64,000 nt of DNA from Antedon mediterranea (lineage: Eukaryota > Animalia > Echinodermata). The stretch is from positions 20,742,912 through 20,806,911 of the forward strand of contig NC_092675.1 of the NCBI RefSeq assembly GCF_964355755.1, read 5' to 3'. Positions within the stretch are counted from its first letter, which is position 1. The number at the start of each line of letters is the position of its first letter. Below the pieces are notes generated by a model. That model saw only the letters and a program-made list of their open reading frames with translations, did not search any database and was not told where the DNA came from. Positions 24,191 to 38,300 of the stretch are shown one piece after another. Position numbers and translations under genes: made by a program.

Positions 24191-25719
24191 ATATGTTTTT
24201 TCTCTCCTATTATGAAAAATGCCGGATCCGCTCCAGTTGACTACTAAAGTTAAATCCTTTTCAAATGTATCCACTGACTGGCCTGGTTTCGAAATGTTAA
24301 AAATTAGAATTTAAAAAAAGCATTTTGTTGCATGAAAACTTCACCTTTTCCATCAAAATAAGCCAATTTATCAAACAGAACAATGTTTATGTTTCGCCTA
24401 CTGTATGTTTCTCAATCATCAAACTTTTATGAGAGAAAAAATGTTCTCATAGATATTAATTGAATGTATAATACCAAACGCGACATCAGGGTTTTCTGCA
24501 CTTTATTCAATTATAGTGCCAAAAATATACTTCTGAAAAGTGCATTATCACCGTTAACTTTCCACTGTGTTTATTATTTCGCAGACAGTAGTCAAATTAT
24601 ATTAGGTTGTCTAAACGGATTGAAATTAATCGTTTAAATCTTCAATCGAAAAAGTATGAAACGCCGAGCATGGTACGCACTGAGCGCATAAGACGTATCA
24701 TAATTTATCATAACATTCCTTGCACGGACAATGCAAACGTACAGATACAACGCAACAATAATTAGGAAATTAGCATCGACAAAAACAGAATTTCGTTTAC
24801 GTATCATAAAACATTTCTGATCTATATTATAATCTGTGACCTGATTGAACCATGGAACATATCCAATTATTCGTATGATTTCTTTATGATTGGACCATAA
24901 TAGCTTTATGATTGGACCATATCTCCGACTGGACTATCTACCTTAGATTAGAGTTAGCCTAAAGTCACTTCACCCCTGCCAATCAAGTGATTGACAGGGG
25001 TAAGTGTGCGTGTTACTAGATACCAATGTGTCATTCAGTATTAGCGTGGTGTAATAGCCATCGCTTCGTTGAACCTGTTAAGAAAATTAGTTAATTATAG
25101 GTAATGTTTTTGTAATAATAATTTTTAAGTGAGTCACATGTCGATATGGAAATTTGTAATTAATAATATAGAGATATCACTGTTCTTATGAAAGCAGCGC
25201 AACAGTACAATGGTCTTCGCACAAAAATGTTCAGACAAGCGGCCGACATGTTGGTTTAACCCCCATGTTTTAATCCCCATGTCCTACATTTTGGGAGGGA
25301 TTGAGGCTAGAAAATGGTAGTTGACAGCTTATGGTCAATTATACATGCTTTGCTAATTTTCTCTGGCCAAGGGCAATGTCCAGCTATGTTATAATCATAT
25401 GATTGCCTTCGTCGATATAGTTAGCGACACAATGTACATCTGTAGTGGACATCGTATCTAGCAAACCACGTCTCAATTATTAATTTTACCAAATTATATA
25501 ATCATAATATATCATTGATTGATATGTGGTTGCCTAAATCGGAACAAAAATATTAAACATATTATAGGCCTAGTATTATCATTTATCCGTATTATCATAA
25601 TTTGATAATAAACAAAACAAAATTATATAATGCAATATGATTATTTTCATTACAATAATAACAACGGTATATAAATAGGCTTATAATGGTAGATATTAAT
25701 GTTTTTCGTTGCCTTAAAT

Positions 25720-25850
25720 ACACACGTCACACGTACGTATAATTAAATAAGTCACCGTGATAGAAGAAGGCCAATATATAAACTGAAGCCGATATCTCCG
25801 ATAAGTAGGCCTACTGAAGGCATATTTCACAGGCATTTTAGGTTTTCAGG
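25720..25850 (+). promoter_or_regulatory. Candidate tolloid core promoter
   Basis: CACGTCAC, CCAAT and TATATAAA (25775-25782) in a CpG-containing region about 550 bp upstream of the ATG. Position and motif inference only. Confidence 0.25.
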
Positions 25851-26336
25851 ATAGAAGTTGTGAGTGAGTGAACGATTGTCGACGTGGGTGACTGAATAAT
25901 AATTCCCGATCATTGAGGTTTAATCGGATTTGACGAGTATCAAGCCACTTCCGATTTATTTAACCTATTGTTGGTGCGGGTATTGTTGCCAAGCTCAGAT
26001 CACGTCTTTAAGAACTCGATTTGCACGAACGGCCGAGTTTCACTGCACATTAATTGTACTCACATCACCAGCAGTCGGTAACCGGTTTATGTTTGCCTTT
26101 TCGAAACATTTTAAATCGTTTTAGTTATCAAGCAAACCACCTATCACCACAGGAGATTTGTTCGACTTGGAATTCGATCGGGTTAATTCCGTTAGAAACC
26201 CCTGTGCGTATACTGTATGTGTGTCAGTCCAACTCAAGTCAGCAACACTACCACCATTCCATAACACAACTGGAAATACACTTGCAATTGCCTTTGTTTT
26301 CTTCTTTTGGATTGTGACTTATTTACATTTAGGATA

Positions 26337-29300
26337 ATGCGATCTGTTACTCGGCGTTATTGGATATTTTCATTGTCTTTTAAGGAATTTGTGTTACTAG
26401 GTATATTCGTTTTAAGCATTTGTTCTCAATGTAACGGTGCTGCCACAGACAGTACACAAGACGAAGAGGAATATCATGACCCATGTAAAGCAGGTAAAAT
26501 GTTCTGTTATCATATTTTACTTATCACATTTAATTGTTATCTTATTGCATTGTTATATGTTATTTATATTTTATTTTTATCATATTTATTGTTATTATGT
26601 TTTATTGTCATATTTTATTTTTGTGTTATTTTATTTTTATTGTAAATTTTGTAATATATTTTATTGTTCACATTTTATTTTTATCATGTTTTATCACATT
26701 TTTATCATTTTTCCCTTTCTTTATTGATTTTTTCCGTAATCCAAAGGAAATTATGTTGTTTTCATATAAATGGTCAACAAATGTGTTATTCTTAAACTTT
26801 TAATCGCCTATAACTTAACTATGTAGCATGATGAAAAACTATTTTCAGGGGGCTTGTAAGTTGTAAATATTATAGTTAAAGTGAAAATTGGCGGGCATAC
26901 AACCATGATTTAATTAAGTAATACATTTATTTATAATTGATTATATTAGGAACAGATTATTTCATTCATTTTTAAAATTGAAAGCAAAATTTGACCAGCA
27001 GTACAGTATTACATTTTAAGTACATACAGTACGTAATGTTACATTACGTAACGGTAACATTATAAATCAGTATTTTAAAGCCGTATTCAAATAATACGGT
27101 ACTGTATAGGCCTACAACGTCTTTCTGGTTTATAACTGTGATTCACCCCTCAATTACATTTGTCGTCAGAGACATGGGACTGTGTGGCACAGCATAGGTT
27201 GTTACTAAGTTATTCTTGAATATTTGGGCCCCACAGTGGGTAATGACATTTCAGTTGCTTGTGTTGACTGAAGACGTTTTATCAGATGATCCGTAAGCAA
27301 ATTGTTACTGAATTGTATTTAAGCTTGGTTCCCACTAGAACGTAACGCCAGGACGTAAACGCAACGCAAGCGTTTTAACCAATGACAAACGAAGTTATAG
27401 ACTATAGTCTATAGTTAGCAATCACAAGCGAATAAGCCATCGCTTGTGATTGGTCAATTCACTTGCGTTGCGTTACGTCCTTGTGTTGCGTCGCTAGTGG
27501 GAACCACGCTTTACGGAGAATAATTCGAATAAGGCCTATGTATATTTTCAAATCATGAAAATAGTATAGGCCTACCATAAAGGGGAATTTCCTACATGTC
27601 CAAAATATTTAATAATGAATATCTGTTCTTGGTTAGATAGGTATTTTAACTGTAAACTTGTAACTATATAAATTACGTTAAATTAAGTGGACAGAATATA
27701 CCAAATCTTTTTGAGTTAACGTTTTTGTTGAATTGCCAGCAAAAACCAACTAAGTACAATTATTAAGCCTAATATGTTTTGAGGTAGAAAACGTCAATGC
27801 ACTATACGAAGAAGGGTATTTTGGCTTCGTCTCAATTTGATCTCGGCAGGGAATTAGCTTCAACCCAAGTATGAAATTGTTTTGGCTTCTTCGAAGTAGA
27901 AACACTTATTATCTAGTTGACATATTGTGTGGGGTCCAGAAAGGAAGACCAGAGTTTAGTTCAGCCACAAATTATATCTAAATAGTGTACGTTTTATGCA
28001 AAGAATATTTCAAAATTCCCGAGTGTTAACAAATTCAAACCAGACACGTTTTGATAAATAATATCAAAACATTCCAAGACAAGGTATGTTTTACCGGTCA
28101 TGTTTTGGTTTATTAGGTTATACCTGTGGCAGCTGGGTACAGAAAATTAAGGTATCATTTTCAATTGAATGATTGATGTAATTTATAGTGTTAAAATATT
28201 TGATTTCACGAATAATGTTGGGTTCATGATATAAGTTGTTGAAATGTTGACGCGGTGGATGATGGATTTGTTGCAAACATTCTTACAAAAGTATTGATTT
28301 TCATTGAAAATTGTTATACTATTCATGGCACTTGTTTATAATAAGTATAAGTACATTTTTTGTTGATTTATTTGTTGTATATTGTCTCAGACACTTTTCT
28401 TGAATTGTGCAGAGGTGCGATAATACCCACATGCTTTAATATCTCCATGGTGATGGAGGTTATTCTCAGAGGGAGGTGAAACAGCTGAAATTAGCGACGT
28501 TTATGAGGACTGAAGCTTTCGTCTATCTATAATAATTATTTTACTTTAAAACTAATTTCACAACAAAAATTTAATTCGTAATAAAAGTACATCTGAATCC
28601 GAATATTTTGAAATTAAAATAATATAGCCTAAAGGCCCGTTTACACACGATAAATAACGGCGATGTAAATATGTTTCTCTACTATATATAGGGCCTACAC
28701 ACAATAAAATCGTTTTATCATTAGTTTTATTGTTCTTATTACTGATCATGACGTAATTTGATAAGATTTTTGAAAATATTATTTTTATTTATTGAAGACA
28801 GTATGAATAGAGTTTTGTAGTTTTTTTGTTTGTTTTCGGTAGACAAAATGTATCTATCTTTTTATCGTCGTTCTTTATCATCCTAGTATAAACGGGCCTT
28901 TGTCGACGAACTTATTGGCACTGTTTATTATTTACAAAATAATTTTTATATAGACCAAAACTATATTTTACTTATTTTTTTTGATAGTTTAGTTCAAAAT
29001 AATATATTTATACAAAAATAAGAATGATTGAACCGAGAAGAAAGTTCAAATGCATCATGGACGACCCAATTCACCTAAAATAAATAGTTTATATTGAAAT
29101 TGATAGTATCATATAATAATCAAAACAATACTCGATATAACAATTTTCTAATGACAGATTATCTGGTATAAGTGATTCAAGTGCAGGTTAGCGATATGTC
29201 CATCAGCTGGTTATCTATATTGATATAAGCAGAAAACTGTAGTAGGTGCACTGGGTTACAGAAAGTCATTGGTCTGCAAAATCTAGGGTCCTCGATAGTC

Positions 29301-32300
29301 ATTTAGTTCCATTTATTATTACACAAATTCATAAATCCAAAGTAAAAAAACGGACTCATGAAAAATACATTTTAGAGCCAAAGTTGGAGTGGCCTTTTGA
29401 AAAGAGTGCATGAGATAAGTATGGAATTCAATATTGGAAATAGCTTCTCCTCATCGTTGTAGAAACCATTGAAAAGGAGACCAATACAACTGGTACTAGA
29501 TCTACTGCAGAAGTTTCCAAAAATGTAGAAGTTCCACTTAAATTAAACCCATGCCTGATCCTCAGCGACTACTCAGTTACATCGATCCCTGATCCGTGCA
29601 AACCCTCCTATACAATAAACTGATATATTTCTATGGTTAGTTCTGTTCTTTAATAAAGATGAGAGCCTTTATTAGGCTACAAGTAGGCCTACCTTGTTTT
29701 CTAAGGTGGAGATTCTCTGCTACTCAGAACAGGTGTTGAACAGGTAAATCTTAACTAGAAAACAATTGCCACACACCGAGTCAATTAAATGAATTATGCT
29801 ATCAACACCAGTGTTATTAACACTATCCGATTAATATCAATTAGTTGTAACACCTTGAAGGATTACAATTAAACATGTGCAAGAAGCCTGGTGTTTTCAA
29901 AGATTAACTCTTAAGTTGTTGACATCGCAACATTCCAACATCTTAGGCCTACTTCTTTGTTGTTATTGAAGCTTCTTGAACTTTTGTTAAAGTTGTTATA
30001 ATCTCCGTAAGTAGATTTCTTGGATAAATCATCAGGCAATGTTATAAATAGACCTACTACCATTTTCTGAAACATTAAGACATTGAATCACGTCGCCTCT
30101 GTCTCAATTGTGAAGTTCTATAAGAAGGTCCTTATCAGCCAAACTTTTAAATCTGATCGAACATAAAGAATAGAAAAATGGTTGGCATTCATTTTGTTGT
30201 TTTCATTTTGGTCTATCTCTTACCACAAATGTAGTCCTATAAATGGTTCATTTGGTCAACGATCAAATATTCTGATAACGGTTGTGATTCCGTGGAATTG
30301 ATCCAGATTAGAAGGTCTTCGATTTTATGACATGAATCGTACTGTTTTCGTTCGGATCCCCTAACGCAAAGAAGCATTGCTTTCAATCCTCATGTTAGAG
30401 TTTTTTGTTATAATTGTTCATACTCTCCATTTACCTTTGAAATCACAGATACAATTCTTAATCGTTTTTTACTGTAACATGACAGACTAAATGATGACAG
30501 GCAAAATGACGACGGGGCAATTACCAACCATTTTTTGGAAAGGCCCTCTGGAGTTCTTACACAGAGGCTCTCAAAGATAGTATGCCTGACTGACTGACTG
30601 TCACGGTTGAGGACAGAGGACAAGCTTGAATTGATATTAGCCAGGGTATTATAGTCCCTTTTCCAAGATACCCCATACACATTCCTTTTCAATGGCAGGT
30701 CTGGATGAACTCTAAACAATGCCAAATAATTCTTTAGAAAAGCATATATTTTACTATTATTTATAATTTTTTTCATATAGCTGGTTTTATTGGAGATATA
30801 GCACTTTCACAAGAGGAATATAATGAACAGCTAAAATATTACTTAGAAGAAAAAAAATATATTGAAGAACTAGAAAAGATAGAAAATGAAGAAAAGGAAG
30901 GTAGACAAAATGGAACAATAGCACCTCAAACAGGTATAGTTATTTACCTTCAACAAGATGATTCTGAGATCTGTGTTTCTTTTCAGTAAAAAATCTGTGT
31001 TATATGTTCAGTTAGTCTGTCAAATCGCTATTATTCTTTAGTAGCATCAATTGTCAATAGAATCCAATTACCTTTTTTTTTTGTTATTATTTGCAGTATA
31101 TTATGATTATTATTGATATTTGTAGTACTTAGTAGACCACCTCCACCCACCTCAAGAAAGCGGCGAGCCGTAACGGCCAGGCAAGATAGAAGATGGCCGC
31201 ATGCAGTCATTCCGTACATGATAGATGGAAATTTCACAGGTACAGTATTTTGCCTTTTTTCTTAATTTAATTTCCCCTGGATATTGGATATTCGAGTACA
31301 ATAGGTTAAAACCTTGTAAGGAATATACATGTATTAATGGCTAATGTTCCTGAACAGGTTAACATTACTCAATAAAAAACCCAATTTAGTAGGCCTAAAT
31401 AGCTCAATACCACTCAGTACAAACCACAATTTACTAGCCAATTTACATTATTTTGTGTTGAATATATCCATCATAAGCCTATGCTGAGGTGATATTTGTA
31501 TCTTTGTTTGGGCTAGCAAAATGGCATTTGGCTAGTGGAATCTGACTAGTGGAATCTATGGAAGATACGTATGGTATGTGAGGATCCTAGTAATCGCAAT
31601 CGACTGGCTTCTAATTTCTTGATGTGTTTTAGTTGAAGTTGAATTGAAGCATAGGTGGAATCAAGAAATTGAAAAACAATAGTACTGTACATTAGTTTCA
31701 GTTCAGAACATTTTAAGACCTCCCTATTTCAAATTCTTAGATCTACGGAATAAGAAAATACTTAAATACTGTAGAACCCCTATTATATTAAGAGGAAACC
31801 TTATCAACAAGCATGAATGTGCGATACTCGGGGTACAGCAAAAGAAGCTGTAATGACGGGATGTGACGTCACATACACATCAATAACCTCGCTACCAAAT
31901 AGTTTATATGGCTATACGGTACCATCTTCGAGATGTCATATGGCTGCATCCGGTTTGAAATAAAAAAATCTGGCTTTATAGCTTTGAGGACATGTATAAG
32001 GGAGGAGTAGTACTTTATAAATCGTACTTTTTACTCAATAGTGTTGGATGGAAGAGGAGAAGATGAGAGAGTCCTAGACTCGGGTACCCCGAGTTATAAA
32101 GGTATTCTACTCTAGTGATCTCAAAGTACAAATAACACAAAATAAATGTTGAATTTGTCTTCACAGGCTCTCAACGAGCAATGTTTAAACAAGCTATGCG
32201 ACATTGGGAAAATTTTACGTGTATAACATTTGTTGAACGAGATCCTAGGGAACATCAGCATTATATTTACTTCACCTATAAACCATGTGGGTAAGTATAT

Positions 32301-35300
32301 GGTACATATATTAAGTATTAAAATATCAAACACAAACAAAAATCTGTAAAATATATTTCATAGATTAAACTATGAGCCTGATATTCCCAAATCTGGTCAA
32401 TATATTTGTAATTTGTATGTATCAGTTATAGAATACAGCCCTGCAAAACATTTGTTATAGTGTCTGATGGGAATGTGTGTAATGAATTGAAAAGCCAAGT
32501 CGAGTGCGGTTTCTGGCATACAGTGTTGTCTATTGGACCTACAGCATTGTAACCTTCACTGCTCTGCTGGTACTAATTTATATCTGATAAAAATCATATG
32601 AAAATATAACATATTGTTATTTATTCTATGCCTCAGACCTCCTACTAACCTTGTGAAATGTTATCTATTCATACAGGCCAATGTGACTCATCCAATACAT
32701 CGTTTCAAAGTAAAATAAAATTTTTTCAATTATTCATGAGCTGATCCAGGGGTTGGGCTAACAAGATACTAAAAAAAAAATTCAAAAATTCATAATTTAA
32801 AATTTAGCTGTCAAAAGGGGGAACCGTGCACCCTTGCTACCCTCCTGGATCCGCCCCTGTAATGTACTTTACTTTACCTTTAATGTACTGTAGACTATAA
32901 TTACACTACCTGTACTTTACATGTCCATGTCCTCTGTAGGAAACTCACTATGTTATTAAATGTATTGTCATCTTCCTTACATTTCTGCATTTTTCTTAGG
33001 TGTATACCATCATTTTCATCTGTCACATGGTGTTCTTTGTAACCATCCTTAAAGTTTGTTTTCAAACTTATTTGGCCCCATCCACACACTTTAATTGACT
33101 TCATTGATACATAAAAACTTTTTATTTATATTGTTAATTCACTAATGTTGTGTTACTAAATTGATGTATATGTGTACTGTTTAGATGCTGTTCATTTGTT
33201 GGTCGTCGAGGTAACGGTGTCCAAGCAATCTCAATTGGCAAGAACTGTGACAAATTTGGGGTAGTGGTCCATGAACTTGGACATGTTGTTGGCTTTTGGC
33301 ATGAACACACCAGGCCGGACCGCGATGATCACGTTACTATTATCAACCAGAACATCATGCCAGGTGAGTAATAATGTAATAACTAATAATGTACACAATG
33401 TACAAATTTATATTTTAATACTAATTCATTTAAACTACAAAGATAGTTTGACATCTCTGAGGCCATTTTATCATGCAAACACGCAAAGATTAGTTCAGCA
33501 GTCATACCAATATGTTACATTTAACTTGATTGATTAACAGACACCAACAGAAGAACAAAATTATTTTATTTTTCTTAATTTTAAGGTTTTCATTATTTTT
33601 TCATATTTATTTTGTTTGAAAGTTTGCATCGTGAAATCAAATGTTGATATAAAAACATACTGATAAAGAAATAATTTGATTTTTTCATGTTTTTACTAGC
33701 AGAGCAAACACTCTTAAATAAAGTTACATTAGTTAATACTAAATTAAAGTGATCTGTAAATTATCCTTTATAATTTCTCAGAATTGTTTTTTTAAGCTTG
33801 TTAACAACACTAAGTGAACTTTATAGTGGGTGTTAGTGAACAGAAAAAGTTATTTTAAAACATAAAGGTTTCTTGAGGCTTGTCTGACCTGTGTAGTTTA
33901 AATTGAGGCTAATTGGATTCAACAAGTTTCCTCTATGTTATCCTTGGAGCTAGCATTAACAAAGGCGATATCACAATCTATTAGTCGTGATACATTATGA
34001 ATCACACAAAGCCAACAATTTTCCAGATTACTATCTACACAACTACTTTACATCTTTCTCAATCATGTAGTATTTATTACTCAGAATTATGTGCTGATAA
34101 GTGTCATACGTTTTTGAATGTAATGTTGAATGTCCTTTCTAAAAATCTGCCGTGATTTTGCACACACAGTCATGAATAATAATACTTTAGTAAACACTGG
34201 CATAATAGACAAGGTAAAACAAGCGTTTCCTGTATGGATAATTTTACTAAGTTACGGAATACTCCCAGATGATTTAAAAATCAGCTTTTGATCTAAACTG
34301 TGTAGTGTCAGTTGCGATTCTTAGAATACAAATGAATGACTTATTGTAAGATGTATATTTTTGGCGCAGACCCACACCTAAATTTTGTGTCTATGACCCA
34401 CAATTGTACATTTAGGCCCTCGGTTATACCAGCATAATGTATGACCTGACCTAAAATAATCTGCATCATATTATTGCTAGTTAGGTAAGATCTTACGGAC
34501 TGCACAAAGTAGAAATGATTTTAAAAATCTTGAATAGGTCTGAAAATAGATTGAAGGCTTTAGTCTGCTCACTAAAAGTTGACTGACAGTTAGGTTTCAA
34601 GAGTTAGATTTTCAAGTTGTTTTTGTAAAGCACTTCAAAAGTAAATTTCCACAGAAAAAGTGAATACACCTACTACTTCATTTGTGGTGTTATAGCTTGT
34701 TTGTATTGAAAAATCCCAAAAGAACCATTTTCTTTGAAACCGATTTTGGTAATGTAGCAGCTTTTCATTTTTAGTACAATAAACCAGTTCTGTCGGATAG
34801 CGTTCTTTGAAATGATTTCATCTATTACCCACAACACAATGCGTCAAATGTTCCCGTTGTTTTCAGTGTGAGTTGACCTCATCTTGATCAAAAGATCAAA
34901 TTGAAACCGTGTTTATGTTGCATCTAAAATTGCTCTACGGAAACTGGTCTTGTTCAGTGAAATAAGATTCAATGAAACCGACAATTGGGAACCAACATTT
35001 CTGATATTAAGAAAAAAGATATTCTCCTGCTCAATAAAAACAGGCCCTAAAAATCAAAATCTGTTTTCTCTGGCCAAGATATTGGATTCTAGTAGTACCT
35101 GTTTTAAAATTATGTAAAGCAGGTGAACTGCATGAATACTTAAAGCTCTACACTCAGTTCCTTTGTGCTTCAATTTCAAAGTTCTTGGCAGTACCAGAAC
35201 ATTTTTGATTGCAAAAGTCTTTGTCCTCAGCAACCTATTAATATTTTACTTACTAACAGGTGTGTTCGTCCCTTTCCACGTACTGTACAAGTAGCTATTA

Positions 35301-38300
35301 ATTTCTCAGATACGATCCTTCGAGTCAGGACTTATTGTACACCACATAAGGTGGTCGGCATCTAGTACGTATCATCCTCCAATGATACAAATCCCAGGTG
35401 ATTGCCTTGGCGTTTCCATGAGCAGAATTTAAGCTCTCCGGAAAGTTGAACCACATGCACAGGAAAAGATTTAATAAGAGGTGCAACTGGGTCGTTGAAG
35501 AATTCACATTTTTTCAACAATAGATTTAGATATAAATTGACCTTTATAAAGCCTTTTATTTTTCAACGGAATTTTAAAATAAAAATATTTTCATTTTTAC
35601 AACCTGTAATATTGATTACCAAAGTGTCTGTATTTGGCGTAAAACAGTCGTAAAAACTTTTGGTGTTAAAATACCATGTAATTATTACCGAGTATCATGA
35701 ATTTCTGTATATTTATTTTATTTATACAGTCAATACAATTTTCTTAAATCAAGTCAAATCAAGTAAATTTATTGTCATTTGTAAACATATAAAAAACATT
35801 TACATTGAAATGAATCTTGAAACCAATATTTTCCCTCAATTCCTGAAGTATTAATTTGTTTGCATTTTACCATGATAAAGAGTGGCCTTACATGTCATGA
35901 GACATCAGCTGAATTATAATGTTGCCAAGTCACCCCTAACATTACGAGTTAAAACTGTCTCCTTATTTTAAATGATGTGTTACCTTACAGACTATATACA
36001 CTAAACAAAAATTAACAAATGGTGTACTGATATGAGGATTCTTGTAACATAAACAGGGTCTGAATTTGAACCAGGATACCTGGTAACCCATACTCATCAA
36101 GAAGATGCCCTGTGTTTTTTAGATTGAACAAGAGCCATGTACACTGGACCTTCATTGTTATCCGAGAAGTTCTACTACCAGAGACTTGAACCTGTGCCGA
36201 TATTATGATTTGGTTTGCGGAACTCCTCCTTTAATAGCTTTTTAATTACAGTATCTATTTATTCAAGTTTTGTTAGCTTTCACCAGTTATATAAAAAATA
36301 TTATTCTAAACATATACTTTGCTTAGGTGAATGGTCAGAGCAGCTTCTTCTTTTCCTTCATCACTAGTGTTTATATAGCCAGACATTTATTACACTTTTT
36401 CTTGATAAAACCAGATGTAAGAATCTATCAAACATAACAACTCATGATGTATAATCAACAACAAGTTAACCACAGTTTATTGAACACAGGATGTAAACTT
36501 TAAGTTTAAGTGTCATTGAAAGTGCGTTTCAGACCAGAGTTTGATAGCGACTTAGTAATCTTTGTAACACTTGGCAGATATGACAATGGTAGAAAAAATC
36601 CATACTGGCTTTAGTGTGAGTTTTCCTCCCAGTTTCTACCTATACTGGATGTACATCCTATATTTTGTTCCTGGGGTATAAAGCTTGGTTCCCATGTGAA
36701 CCCAACACAAGGATGTATGCACGCCACAAGCAATTTGACAAATGTTTCCAAGTGGAAACCAAGCTTTAGTCCCTGGCTGCCAAACTTTTCCAAACTTCCC
36801 ATTTTCATGTTCAACTACTGTACTGTAGATTGGTTGTCGTTAAATGTCATTAACATTCAATCACTTTAATTTATTGTTTTTCTTCACCTGTACATAAATT
36901 GTTTTCTTTTTAACATAGGTTATTGACATTTATGATATATAAAATAAATAATTTATGATATAATTTACACTACGTACAAGAGGATGCATACATTGTAAAC
37001 ATGTTTTATTTATAATAATATATTAATATAAATAAAACAGGCATTTTTATTTATAGCAATAATATTATTATAAATAAAACATGTTTACAATGTATTTTAT
37101 TTATAATAATATATTTTACACTGTATATCAAATAAAGAATGGAGGAAGCAGTAACATTGAGGATAATACCAAAAGAGTGGTAGGAGTAATTGTCATATAT
37201 ACTCCCTTTTTTGGGGGGAAAATAGTGGCAACCATTTTGTTCAGGTCAATGTTTTCCTGATAAATGTTTCACTCAAAACATGAATTATATGTTGATTCTT
37301 TTTCTATTAGGATTATACACTGAATATGCGTAATGTTCAGATTAGCAAGATTATGTTTTTAGTAGAAATTAAGTCAATTGATGTTATCTTAAATTTGTAC
37401 TGTCCCTAAATGAAAAAGTGTATTATTTTTGTAAAAACTTGTTTTTTTTAAATTGTAAAGTTCTTCAACTACATCATATTCTTGGTACTAACTAACCTAC
37501 TTACGTGTAAATAAAATCTTTGAATTTTCAACCAAATATTTTTTAAGTAGACCATATCCTAAAGTGCTACTATACTTAATATTACATTGTACTAACTTTC
37601 ACTTTATTGATTGATTTATTTTATTCAACACTTTTTATTTAGTTTTATACCATTTTTTTGTTGATAGGACAAGAATACAATTTTCATAAACTGTCGGCAG
37701 AAGAGGTAGATAGTCTGAGTGAGCCTTATGATTACTACAGCATAATGCATTACGCTCGTAATACATTCTCACGAGGAATCTGGCTGGATACCATCTTACC
37801 TCGCAAGGATCCAGAAGGAGGTGAACGACCGGAGATTGGTCAACGAAAGCATCTAAGCCCAGGAGATATCACACAGGCTAACAAGCTATACAACTGCCCA
37901 CGTATGTGAAGTATTTATTAATCTGTTGACTAAATTTAAATTGGTGGCATTTACAAAAGCAGTGCAGTTCAGTAAACAATAAAAAAAAAACAAAGCAGAA
38001 AATGTTGAAAAAAAAGTAATGATTATTATAAATAAATATAATAATAATTTATTTGGAAGCTACATTTTTGAAACAGTGGCACACTTCTTGAATGAAAGTG
38101 TGCCAGAGTAAGTTAAAAAAATATATATATGTATATATAATAATAATAATAGTTAAATAAATAATAGTGAATATAGATTACATACAAGCCATATATGAAG
38201 GGGAGTTAAAGCAACCAATCATATTCCTGTTCCTAGTTTTAAAAAAATTATATAAGTCTTAATGCCAAACATCTGATTAAAACCTTATTTTACTATTACT

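Noticed and set aside
26437-26803. Very hydrophobic ORFs after tolloid exon 1
   Set aside because: Low-complexity T-rich intron sequence following the real donor at 26494.
28505-28530. GACGAAAGCTT (minus strand), like the 3' half of a hammerhead; a similar GTCGAAAGCC occurs near 1240
   Set aside because: No upstream CUGANGA or helix II partner, so it cannot be called a ribozyme.
29850-30360. Coding-like minus-strand sequence in tolloid intron 1
   Set aside because: All frames are interrupted by stops and I could not recognise a protein family; BLASTx would be needed.
35310-35510. GC-richer patch with short ORFs in tolloid intron 5
   Set aside because: No astacin similarity or recognisable domain, and the flanking exons already join in frame.
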